64,000 nucleotides of DNA from positions 192,001 to 256,000 of the IMG/VR virus record IMGVR_UViG_3300010049_000009; one strand, 5' to 3'. The translations under genes were made by a program, and so were the position numbers. Within the stretch, counting starts at the first letter, position 1, and the number at the start of each line of letters is the position of its first letter. This DNA is from a virus (taxonomy: Duplodnaviria; Heunggongvirae; Uroviricota; Caudoviricetes). Of this stretch, positions 1 to 8,325 are shown in pieces. Under the pieces are notes generated by a model. That model was not told the DNA's origin. It saw only the letters and a program-made list of their open reading frames with translations, and did no database searches.

Positions 1-320
1 CCGAAAAACCGGAACCGGTTACATATCAAAAAGAATACATCAAAAACAAGGCAGCAAAATACATCAATATCATAGACAACTACAACATAGAACACGGAAA
101 GTTCGTAACCGAACAAAACGATGAACAAATGTTGGTTTTAGCGAAGAAATGTAATCAACTATGGTCTAAAATCAAGGGTATGAGAAAATTTGCTATTAAG
201 AGTGGTGGTGAACAGGATAATCACAACATTATTTTTAAGGTACTCAGGCGGTCAGGTAGGTTACAACAACTATTTGAACTCCGCAACGCCTTATACATTT
301 ACAACAAATCTATTCGATAA
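1..320 (+). CDS. 5'-truncated phage protein (C-terminal part; resembles the C-terminus of putative nucleotidyltransferases of large phages)
   Basis: Frame is open from nt 3 through the track ORF 129..320 to TAA. Ends ...KIKGMRKFAIKSGGEQDNHNIIFKVLRRSGRLQQL. Family call is recollection only. Confidence 0.5.
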   Translation, partial: EKPEPVTYQKEYIKNKAAKYINIIDNYNIEHGKFVTEQNDEQMLVLAKKCNQLWSKIKGMRKFAIKSGGEQDNHNIIFKVLRRSGRLQQLFELRNALYIYNKSIR

Positions 321-383
321 AATTGGTTTTCATACAAAAAGTGGGTTTATTTGAGAGAAATAAAGATTTTAAATCCATTCGAT

Positions 384-773
384 ATGATAAAAATTTGTAA
401 AGTATGTACTCATAGCATACACGCCGACCCTTATGAGGGGGAATTGACTATTGATAACAAACACTATTGTTATGATTGTTTTGAAAAAGTTTTTAATGAG
501 TTACAAAGTGGTAACATACCTCATTTTAAAAGATATTATCCTGCGTTTTGTACGGGTTTTGGAACACAGATTTATACCATTGATGACGAAACCACCTTTT
601 TCGCTTCGGAGAACATACATAGAGGCGGTGTATTGTATAAATCTAAACCGGACAAATACAACAAAATTTTTATTCATGTGAAGGAACACGAAAAATGTGA
701 AACACATTTCGTAATAGGATTCATATATAATATGGAATACGAAAAAATACCATTACCCGAATTATATATATGA
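384..773 (+). CDS. hypothetical protein with N-terminal CxxC...CxxC zinc-binding motif
   Basis: CKVC...CYDC. ATG at 384 (alternative TTG 351). Stop overlaps next start (ATGA). Confidence 0.65.
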   Translation: MIKICKVCTHSIHADPYEGELTIDNKHYCYDCFEKVFNELQSGNIPHFKRYYPAFCTGFGTQIYTIDDETTFFASENIHRGGVLYKSKPDKYNKIFIHVKEHEKCETHFVIGFIYNMEYEKIPLPELYI

Positions 774-1687
774 GCAAAGAATTATCCCCAATAAAATGGA
801 GTGGTTCAAAACGCCCCATTGCACCCGAAATAATATCACATTTTCCATATTTTAAAGATAATGTGCTTGAACGTGGAACAATGGATGAATTGTTTTGCGG
901 TGAAACATTTTATGAATTATTTTGCGGTAGTTGCGCTGTCACATTAGAGTTATTGTCAGGAAGACATATTGATAAAGCGTGGTATAAAAATTATGTGTGT
1001 GTTGATACCAATGCCGATTTAATTAATCTGTGGAAACACATAAAAACACACCCCGATTTATTATCAAATGGATATGAGAGAGAATGGAAATACTTCAATC
1101 AACGTATGGGAGATACTATCGAAGAACATCGTAAATTTCATTTTAATTATATTAGGGATGAATTTAATAGTGGATTACACAACAGGTTAAAAAACGCCAT
1201 TAACTTCTTGTTTCTTTTAAGGACTTGTTTTAATGGATTAATCCGCTACAATTCAAAAGGTCATTTTAATAGTTCATGTCATTTTTCACGTGGTGGAATT
1301 GAACCTTCCAAAATGAGAAAGATATTACACGATACGTCAGAACTATTGAATTATTTTGATGTGGGATTCCTGTGCACAGATTACAGAAACATTACTCCAA
1401 ATGAATATGATTTCGTTTTTATGGACCCACCATACCCAACAGAGAAAAAGAGTGGTATGTATCACGGTGGAATAGATACATCTGAATTGGTTGAATATTG
1501 TAATGAATTAAAATGTGGGTACGCCCTTACATTTGACGGTAATAGGGGTGGTGATAAAGCGAATAAAATTTGTTTAGACGATACAAATATAGTAAATTTA
1601 GAAAAGAAAAATAGTTCGTATTCCCGATTAAAGGGAAAACAAGTAGAAGTTGAAGAAATAATGTACATTAAAAAAGTTATACAATGA
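770..1687 (+). CDS. dam: Dam-like (D12 class) DNA adenine methyltransferase
   Basis: SPIKWSGSK, ELFCGSCAV (motif I), CFNGLIRYNSKGHFN, FVFMDPPY (motif IV). Confidence 0.9.
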   Translation: MSKELSPIKWSGSKRPIAPEIISHFPYFKDNVLERGTMDELFCGETFYELFCGSCAVTLELLSGRHIDKAWYKNYVCVDTNADLINLWKHIKTHPDLLSNGYEREWKYFNQRMGDTIEEHRKFHFNYIRDEFNSGLHNRLKNAINFLFLLRTCFNGLIRYNSKGHFNSSCHFSRGGIEPSKMRKILHDTSELLNYFDVGFLCTDYRNITPNEYDFVFMDPPYPTEKKSGMYHGGIDTSELVEYCNELKCGYALTFDGNRGGDKANKICLDDTNIVNLEKKNSSYSRLKGKQVEVEEIMYIKKVIQ

Positions 1688-2331
1688 GAGACCCAAAAAG
1701 AATAGACAGAGTTTTAGATAGAGTTCGCGAACTTTGGAACATTTATCCCGACCAACGCCTTGGGCAGTTGCTTCAAAATTATGTGTTCGGTCGTGGTGAT
1801 AATTTTTATATTGAAGATGATGAAACCGAAAGAATGTTAACCCTCGAAATAGGTAGAAGGGGTAATTTAGGTAAAGACGGTAAGAAAAACCTTTTACAGA
1901 TTGTAAATAAATCAAACAACCCATTTCCTGTGTATGCAAGTAAAGGTGATTCGGGTTTTGATTTGAGAGCGTTTATAGAAACTCCGATAATTTTGGAACC
2001 AATGAAACGCAAAGTTGTTCCAACCGGACTTTATGTAAGTATTCCTGATGGGTTTGAATTACAAATACGCCCAAGAAGTGGGTTGGCAGCAAAACAAGGA
2101 ATAGGAATGGTAAATACACCGGGTACTATTGATACCTATTATCGTGGTGAAATTGGTGTTATCATAATCAACTTGGGAAATGAACCCTTCACAATTAATA
2201 ATGGTGATAGAATTGCACAAGCGGTTTTGTGTCCGGTTTCAAGTGAAGCATTTACCGAATTAAGAGAGGTAAAAGAATTGAGTAACACTGAACGCGGTGC
2301 GGGTGGATTTGGTCACACCGGAACAACATGA
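1684..2331 (+). CDS. dut: trimeric dUTPase with a ~65-aa N-terminal extra domain
   Basis: Five motifs: SGFDL, RPRSGLA, GTIDTYYRGEI, GDRIAQ, RGAGGFGHTG. Confidence 0.93.
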   Translation: MRDPKRIDRVLDRVRELWNIYPDQRLGQLLQNYVFGRGDNFYIEDDETERMLTLEIGRRGNLGKDGKKNLLQIVNKSNNPFPVYASKGDSGFDLRAFIETPIILEPMKRKVVPTGLYVSIPDGFELQIRPRSGLAAKQGIGMVNTPGTIDTYYRGEIGVIIINLGNEPFTINNGDRIAQAVLCPVSSEAFTELREVKELSNTERGAGGFGHTGTT

Positions 2332-2483
2332 AAATAGTATTATACATAATATTATTCATATCATTAATCATAGTTTGGGCTGTTGAAAAATTAAGATGTC
2401 CAAACTGTGGTAAAATGAGGATTGCTGATAGCAAAACAAGAATGATGACGTGTATGTTTTGTGGAAATAAAGAAATAATGTAA
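2328..2483 (+). CDS. 51-aa membrane-anchored zinc-ribbon protein (below track cutoff)
   Basis: MKIVLYIILFISLIIVWAVEKLRCPNCGK...CMFCGNKEIM*. ATGA overlap with the dut stop. Confidence 0.7.
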   Translation: MKIVLYIILFISLIIVWAVEKLRCPNCGKMRIADSKTRMMTCMFCGNKEIM

Positions 2484-2494
2484 ATAAAATAAAA

Positions 2495-2890
2495 ATGAAA
2501 GAACAAGTATTTGAGAAACTTATCCCCTATTGTAGTGAGGATTTTATCACAATTCCGCTGTGGGAAGAGGGTGATTATCGTTGGCAAATGAATTTGTGGT
2601 ATATTGTTAGGTTTGATACAGAAACTTCTACCGAAACAACACTTCAAAAAATTGACGAACTAATGAATGTGGTAGCAATTACTGTTGCAGCAACATTTGA
2701 TAATAAGTTCGATATTTACGTTGAACAACACGAAAACGTTGCAAGTGGTTATGTTTTATATGAACTTAATATAATGCAATTCTGTGAAGATATAACAGAT
2801 GAAACTTTTGTGTTAAATCACAATATGGGAGATTATATTAATGTTGGGGTTGTACTTCTCGAAAATTTAGAAAGAGTAAAATGGGTGTAG
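2495..2890 (+). CDS. hypothetical protein
   Basis: 131-aa ORF in a tightly packed run. Confidence 0.65.
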   Translation: MKEQVFEKLIPYCSEDFITIPLWEEGDYRWQMNLWYIVRFDTETSTETTLQKIDELMNVVAITVAATFDNKFDIYVEQHENVASGYVLYELNIMQFCEDITDETFVLNHNMGDYINVGVVLLENLERVKWV

Positions 2891-3570
2891 AATATAAAGA
2901 CATTATTAAGAGTGTATCGGATAATCAATTTGAAATTCTGTACAATATTCAAAAATTATATCTTAATAGCGAAGATTACGAATGTGATCCAACATATTCT
3001 AAAGGTGGATATTATGGTAAGGGTGGGGAATTTAATATAAACCCACCCAAACATAAGTTTGATGTTTTTCCAATTGCCGAAGGTGTGATAGAAATTGAAC
3101 CATTAGGTAAGTGGCCACTTGAAATTAATTCTTTAAAAAGCATTAATATTGATTTACCTTTTGTGTGTTCGGGGTCTGTGAAGGCTGAACAGTTACAAGA
3201 CCCACACTCTTGTATTATTGTTAAGAGATTTCAGGGATATTATCCTATTGACAACTTATTTAAAAGTTATCGTCATTTTCTTTACAATGCTTTTAAGTAT
3301 TTGCAACCGGGTGGGTTTTGTGTATTTAAAACACAGGAAACTATAAGTGGGCGGAAGAAATATATGACTCCATTTTGGAGTTGGAAAATGGCGGAAGAAT
3401 TGGGATTTTATACCATAGATAGTTTTATACTTACCGCAAAGTCGCGCTTAATCGGCGCAATTAAGAAACAAGAACACAGTAGATGCTTTCATAGTAATTT
3501 TTTGGTTTTTCAGAAACCTGACGGTAAGGCAACCACAAGACAAATTGACTATGATAAGTTATGCCGATAA
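2881..3570 (+). CDS. putative DNA methyltransferase (phage type, DLPF catalytic-like motif)
   Basis: CDPTYSKGGYY (SAM-binding-like), SINIDLPF (DPPF-like), LQPGGFCVFK, HSNFLVFQK. Confidence 0.65.
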   Translation: MGVEYKDIIKSVSDNQFEILYNIQKLYLNSEDYECDPTYSKGGYYGKGGEFNINPPKHKFDVFPIAEGVIEIEPLGKWPLEINSLKSINIDLPFVCSGSVKAEQLQDPHSCIIVKRFQGYYPIDNLFKSYRHFLYNAFKYLQPGGFCVFKTQETISGRKKYMTPFWSWKMAEELGFYTIDSFILTAKSRLIGAIKKQEHSRCFHSNFLVFQKPDGKATTRQIDYDKLCR

Positions 3571-4712
3571 TTGTTACAGAAAGTGGGCGGAAAGAACGAG
3601 AACAAAAGTTCATAGAGCGAGCCAAATCTATTCATGGTGATAGATTTGACTATTCCAAAGTTTATTATATCAATAAAAACACAAAGGTATGTATTTTATT
3701 AGGTAATAAAGAACTATGGCAAAGACCACACACCCACCTGAATTTCAAGGGTGTTAATAAAGGTTTAGAAAAGCGTTTTCAAAAGAAAATGACCGCCGCC
3801 AACTATGCTAAATATAAAAAAAAATTAAAAGCAAAGAATAGGAAAAAGTATTGGTTTGAAACGGAAAAGAAAAAACCCGAATACCGTGAAAAACATAAAG
3901 AAAGAGAATTTAAAAGACAACGCTCTTATAAATGTATTTTCTGTGGTGAAAAATATCGGAAGAAAACAATGCAAAACTATATTGGACAGTTTTGTTCAAG
4001 AAAATGTTCCAATGCACAACGTAAAGAAAAGCGACTTGAAGAAAGATTAAAACTCAAATACGCAATTGTCTTAACCGAATTTAGAAAAAAGAAAAAAATA
4101 GTTGAGCAGTTTGTTTCTAAAGAAGACGCATTAAATCGAATGTGGGAAATCACGGAAGAAAGTAAAAAAGTGGTTTTACCACAGAAATACGTTTTCAAAT
4201 ACCGAAAACCTGTAAAACTAAATAATGAAGTTGTATTAATTGAACGTGGTGAAGACCTCACAATAGCACTAAAAGAAAGAAATGAGGTCGGAAAACTAAT
4301 TAATGTGAAAGTTGAAACAAAAACAGAACACGATAGTTTTATTATTATTGACAAATCCCCATATCATACCGAACAAATGTTCAATATTATGGGCAACAAT
4401 AATGAAGTAGATATAACTTATATTCTGAATAATATTTTACTTTCAGATAATGAAGTTAAGAATATTATGATATATAAGACAAATCTTATTATCAAAATCA
4501 ACGATAATATTGAACTAATATTTTCAAAACATCAAGAAATTATTATAGATTTATATAACTTCCTTCAAAAGTATACCAAGAATAATAAAATCAAATATTT
4601 TATGTTTATGGGTATGGTAGATGGTAGTCCGTTTTTAATGAATTATTACGATACTAAAATAAAAGAAAAGTTTGAATATGTTAACAGACAAGAAAGTACA
4701 ACAAGTAATTAA
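3561..4712 (+). CDS. hypothetical protein with N-terminal DUF723-like (homing endonuclease-associated) module and a Cys4 zinc finger
   Basis: KFIERAKSIHGDRFDYSKVYYINKNTKVCI; CIFCG...FCSRKC. Confidence 0.6.
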   Translation: MPIIVTESGRKEREQKFIERAKSIHGDRFDYSKVYYINKNTKVCILLGNKELWQRPHTHLNFKGVNKGLEKRFQKKMTAANYAKYKKKLKAKNRKKYWFETEKKKPEYREKHKEREFKRQRSYKCIFCGEKYRKKTMQNYIGQFCSRKCSNAQRKEKRLEERLKLKYAIVLTEFRKKKKIVEQFVSKEDALNRMWEITEESKKVVLPQKYVFKYRKPVKLNNEVVLIERGEDLTIALKERNEVGKLINVKVETKTEHDSFIIIDKSPYHTEQMFNIMGNNNEVDITYILNNILLSDNEVKNIMIYKTNLIIKINDNIELIFSKHQEIIIDLYNFLQKYTKNNKIKYFMFMGMVDGSPFLMNYYDTKIKEKFEYVNRQESTTSN

Positions 4713-5016
4713 AAGATTTCGTATTGTTATACGAAATAACCAAAAAGTCGCTAATATAGAAGACGTGCATCCAAATGATATTTTTGAAAATTATTCCAAT
4801 AACATTGTTTTATCGCAAGACGGTTCAACGGAATACATTATTCAAAGAATGGATAAGAAATGGTTCTTTTGGGAAGAGTGGTATGACATTGATAGAACAT
4901 GTAGTTCACTTGATGCGGCAATAAAAACTTTTTGGAAGAGGGTTAATAGTATGTTATCTCAACAAGAAAGTATGTGTGTAGATAAAGTTAGTGGATATAC
5001 CAAAAAATTTATATAA
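4672..5016 (+). CDS. hypothetical protein
   Basis: 114-aa ORF in operon-like run. Confidence 0.6.
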   Translation: MNMLTDKKVQQVIKRFRIVIRNNQKVANIEDVHPNDIFENYSNNIVLSQDGSTEYIIQRMDKKWFFWEEWYDIDRTCSSLDAAIKTFWKRVNSMLSQQESMCVDKVSGYTKKFI

Positions 5017-5019
5017 GAT

Positions 5020-5274
5020 ATGAACAAATATGTTGAACTTTTTGAACAAGACCTCAAAAATGGGGATGATACTGTTGGAAAAATAGGAATTTTTTTATAC
5101 AGTGGTGCTGATGGTAATCCGACACCGATTATTAATGACGCTGTTTACAAATACGTTGAAACGAATTTTTACAATGAGTTTGTGGAGATTGAACTTAACA
5201 ACCCCTATGTAAGGGTGGTTATTAGTGAAATACCAAAATTACCTTTTAAACCATTTACAGACCAACGATTATGA
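5020..5274 (+). CDS. hypothetical protein
   Basis: 84-aa ORF; ATGA overlap with next gene. Confidence 0.6.
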   Translation: MNKYVELFEQDLKNGDDTVGKIGIFLYSGADGNPTPIINDAVYKYVETNFYNEFVEIELNNPYVRVVISEIPKLPFKPFTDQRL

Positions 5275-5453
5275 TTTTAGATGGAAGAAAATTAATGGAT
5301 ATAAGTTTTAAACTATTGGAAATAAAAATGGATCAATTACGTGAAGAACGTGATAAAGCAAATTCCGAAGTTGAAAGACAAAATGAAATTATACGTAATC
5401 AACAAGACACAATTAATAGATTAGTAGAAAAATTTATAGAAAAGTTAAAATGA
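5271..5453 (+). CDS. small coiled-coil protein
   Basis: 60 aa, heptad-like Q/E/R-rich sequence. Confidence 0.6.
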   Translation: MILDGRKLMDISFKLLEIKMDQLREERDKANSEVERQNEIIRNQQDTINRLVEKFIEKLK

Positions 5454-5505
5454 TTATCCGCAATTATACCCTTTCGATGAATAATCATTAGATAAAAAGA
5501 AGAAG

Positions 5506-5709
5506 ATGAAAATTAAAAAATGTGAAGTATGTCTATATAACAGGCGGGGTCAGTGTTTTCACACTTTTGAATTTGGTGGACACGGCGAAAGAGCGAAATC
5601 ATTCAGAAGTACCATAAAAAAAGGTGATACCGAATGTTTAGGTTATGTGTTCAAATATGAAGAAAATTTGATTTTACCCAAAGGGGGTATAATTGCGGAT
5701 AATCATTAA
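5506..5709 (+). CDS. small Cys-containing hypothetical protein
   Basis: CEVC...C...C; converges on the next gene. Confidence 0.55.
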   Translation: MKIKKCEVCLYNRRGQCFHTFEFGGHGERAKSFRSTIKKGDTECLGYVFKYEENLILPKGGIIADNH

Positions 5710-5712
5710 AAG

Positions 5713-6246
5713 TTATAGTGTGCATTGACTTCTTGAACGCACCATATCCAAAACTTTTTTGGGATTTTTCTTTATATCCTCTTCGTAAATTTGCATTAAC
5801 ACAAAACCATTTTGGTTTGCCCACGTTAGTTTTTGTTCGTCAATCTTAATTTGTCTTTTTTGATTGTTATATTTGAGGTTGTTGTGATCATAAAATCGTG
5901 GGTCGGCGTGATAAAACGTACCTTGTATTTCGATTAAATAATCTATCATACCACCGTCTATTGTGAGAATAGCAAAATCATAAACCCTTTTGGTTGGTGC
6001 GACCCATTGGTATATGTATTTTATACCCAACTTATCAAGAAACTGTTCTCGAAACAATACCTCTAAATTTGAAGTTGTAGGATAATTATTTTCTTTAAAT
6101 CCCTTTTCCTTTCTTTTTAAAACAGGTAATTTCTTGAACACCCAAAACTTAATATCATTTTTGATAGGTTGAATATGTTGCTTCACCTTCTTTTTATCGG
6201 GTTTCTCTATTGGTAGAACTTGTTTATTTTTTGTTGGTTGACGCAT
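5713..6246 (-). CDS. Vsr/DUF559-like PD-(D/E)XK endonuclease
   Basis: TSNLE..F, VYDF, LIEIQGTFYHADP, D..K...A...GFVLMQIYE. Start best placed at ATG 6246 (MRQPTK), coupled by TAATG to an upstream micro-ORF. Confidence 0.8.
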   Translation of the reverse strand: MRQPTKNKQVLPIEKPDKKKVKQHIQPIKNDIKFWVFKKLPVLKRKEKGFKENNYPTTSNLEVLFREQFLDKLGIKYIYQWVAPTKRVYDFAILTIDGGMIDYLIEIQGTFYHADPRFYDHNNLKYNNQKRQIKIDEQKLTWANQNGFVLMQIYEEDIKKNPKKVLDMVRSRSQCTL

Positions 6247-6347
6247 TATATTATAGAAACTATATAAACCATAACAGACAGAATAAATATAAACAAAAGC
6301 GACGCTGCCGAAAGTGCCACACATCTTATTACCTTTTCCCCATCCAT
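6246..6347 (-). CDS. 33-aa single-pass membrane microprotein (below track cutoff)
   Basis: MDGEKVIRCVALSAASLLFIFILSVMVYIVSII*. Follows a CTATTTATA motif; TAATG overlap with the nuclease gene. Confidence 0.55.
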   Translation of the reverse strand: MDGEKVIRCVALSAASLLFIFILSVMVYIVSII

Positions 6348-6364
6348 ACTACAAAAACTTTTTT

Positions 6365-6373
6365 TATAAATAG
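6365..6373 (-). promoter_or_regulatory. putative late promoter motif CTATTTATA
   Basis: Same motif recurs upstream of phoH, tail sheath and the large minus-strand genes. Confidence 0.5.
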
Positions 6374-6412
6374 ATAGTATGTATATTTAATGAAACGATT
6401 AAATATAAAGCA

Positions 6413-6547
6413 ATGCAGACAAAATATTCGGTATGTAACGGATGTGGTAAAGTACGACACATAGTTAATCACTCTAAAATGTTGTGTAATAATTGTAATG
6501 AGGAAAGAAAATGGGTAACACCAATAATAAGTAAAATAAAAAACTAA
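6413..6547 (+). CDS. 44-aa zinc-finger microprotein (below track cutoff)
   Basis: MQTKYSVCNGCGKVRHIVNHSKMLCNNCNEERKW...; fills the gap directly before the receiver-domain gene. Confidence 0.65.
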   Translation: MQTKYSVCNGCGKVRHIVNHSKMLCNNCNEERKWVTPIISKIKN

Positions 6548-6553
6548 TAAATC

Positions 6554-7366
6554 ATGAATCAAGTAAAAGAAGAATTAAAAGATGATGTAAAAACCGAAAT
6601 AAAAAGGTTTGTATATGACCACAGAGAAATCTGTGAGGGATTACCGATAGAAGATATTATGTCTATGTGTTTTTTGGGTGGTATGAAAACCGCCACAAAT
6701 AAAATAGAAAAAATGGAAAAAGATTTTTTGAAAGTTTTCAAACAAGGTGGTGAAAAACCCAAAAAGAGTTTGAAAGATATTAACATTCTTATTGTGGATG
6801 ATAACCTCATCAACCAAAGAATTATTCTTTTAAGTCTTCAAAAAATAGTTGGTAGTATCCACGTAGCAAATGACGGAAGAGAATGTATTAAAAAATTTCA
6901 AGACTTTGCCGCTTGGGGACAATTCTTTGACGTTATATTAATGGATATTACAATGCCCCATTGGAACGGTTATGAAACAACACAAAGAATTAGAGCAATT
7001 GAATCACACTCCGGTTATAAACCCACCCCCATTATCGGTTTAAGTACAAACGAAAACAATAAGGTAGATGGGTTGGAAAGTTGTCTTAACGCAGGAATGA
7101 ATGATTTCATTTGTAAACCATTTCAAGTTGATAGGTTGGTTGAAAAAATAGTAAATTTAACAATAAAACCTGAAACCCCACAAGAAGAACGGGAAGAAGA
7201 AATAAAAATGTGTCCGAAATGGGAATTGGAAAGAGAAATGATTATTGATAGAATCAATTATCTCAAAAAAGAAAATGATTTTCTTCAAAAGCGTTTTGAT
7301 TACAATATGACCCAAATAAAGGGGTATCAAAATTTTATTATGGATAGTGAAGAATTTCCTTGGTAA
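6554..7366 (+). CDS. response-regulator receiver (CheY-like) domain protein
   Basis: ILIVDDN, FDVILMDITMP..NGYE, PIIGLS, CLNAGMNDFICKPF. Confidence 0.88.
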   Translation: MNQVKEELKDDVKTEIKRFVYDHREICEGLPIEDIMSMCFLGGMKTATNKIEKMEKDFLKVFKQGGEKPKKSLKDINILIVDDNLINQRIILLSLQKIVGSIHVANDGRECIKKFQDFAAWGQFFDVILMDITMPHWNGYETTQRIRAIESHSGYKPTPIIGLSTNENNKVDGLESCLNAGMNDFICKPFQVDRLVEKIVNLTIKPETPQEEREEEIKMCPKWELEREMIIDRINYLKKENDFLQKRFDYNMTQIKGYQNFIMDSEEFPW

Positions 7367-7400
7367 TATTATTCTGAATATGATTTTAAATTTTTATAGT

Positions 7401-7432
7401 AAACCCACTAACTTTTTAGTGGGTTTTTGTTT
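7401..7432 (+). terminator. intrinsic terminator
   Basis: AAACCCACTAA / TTAGTGGGTTT hairpin plus T tract after the receiver gene. Confidence 0.75.
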
Positions 7433-7466
7433 CCACAGGATCGGATAAATATGTAATTTTTTTATT
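7433..7466 (+). promoter_or_regulatory. putative regulatory element CCAYAGGATCGGAT-N14-TTTATT upstream of the NAD operon
   Basis: Near-identical copy with the same spacing at 59281-59314. Confidence 0.45.
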
Positions 7467-7494
7467 AAACGTTAAACCAAAAAAAAATAACAAA

Positions 7495-8325
7495 ATGATT
7501 TTAGTAAATGGTAAAAAGGTAGAAATCGAAGTCTTTCCCAATAAGGAAAGTAAAATTAAAGACTTCATTATTGGCGACAACAATGTCGTTGATTTTTATT
7601 ATGAAGATGATAAAGATTTTGTTCACTTGGCGTTTGTGAAGTGGGATATTGATAACAACACAATCACAAGCGAAAATACATTAAGAGTAATGTATATGCC
7701 ATACAGTCGTATGGATAGAAAAATGGCATCAAACGATGTTCATTCGTTGCCGTATGCGTGTAAACTCATAAACAATCTGAAATTTGATAAAGTGATTGTG
7801 CTTGAACCACACTCACAAGAATCAATTAGGTTGTTAAAAAACGCTACTGCAAAATATCCTGTTTTAGAATGGGTTGATAGAATTGTTGAAGAAACAAATT
7901 TTGACAAAAAGACAGATTGTATTGTTTTTCCTGATTATGGTGCAATAGATCGTTATAAAGCGGAAAGGATAACAAAAGAGTTCAATTATGTTTTCTTCAA
8001 GAAAAAACGAGATGAGGCAACAGGGTGGATAACGGATATGGAACTTGAAGAAGTATTACCAAATGGGTGTAAGAGAGCAATCATAATTGACGATTTATGT
8101 AGTTTCGGTGGAACATTTTTCAAAGCAGGAATTATTCTTCGAGGATTGGGTGTAGAAGATGTTACCTTGGTTGTAACCCACCTTGAAAATTCTGTATTTC
8201 AAGGAAAATTGTTAGAAAAAGGTGTTTCCCCGATAAATCGAATATACACAAGTAACTCTGTTATCAGAGATAAAATTTGTGATTTCATTGAAAGAATTAA
8301 TGTTTTACCCATAAATTTTGAATAA
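7495..8325 (+). CDS. ribose-phosphate pyrophosphokinase-like protein (Prs / phage Adps ADPR-PP synthetase family)
   Basis: FPNKE, YMPYSRMDR, LEPHS, VFPDYGA, KKRD, IIIDDLCSFGGTF, VTH. Confidence 0.9.
   Translation: MILVNGKKVEIEVFPNKESKIKDFIIGDNNVVDFYYEDDKDFVHLAFVKWDIDNNTITSENTLRVMYMPYSRMDRKMASNDVHSLPYACKLINNLKFDKVIVLEPHSQESIRLLKNATAKYPVLEWVDRIVEETNFDKKTDCIVFPDYGAIDRYKAERITKEFNYVFFKKKRDEATGWITDMELEEVLPNGCKRAIIIDDLCSFGGTFFKAGIILRGLGVEDVTLVVTHLENSVFQGKLLEKGVSPINRIYTSNSVIRDKICDFIERINVLPINFE

Noticed and set aside
6247-6324. Track's hydrophobic N-terminal extension of the Vsr-like nuclease
   Set aside because: Better explained by a separate 33-aa ORF in another frame, coupled by TAATG to an ATG at 6246.
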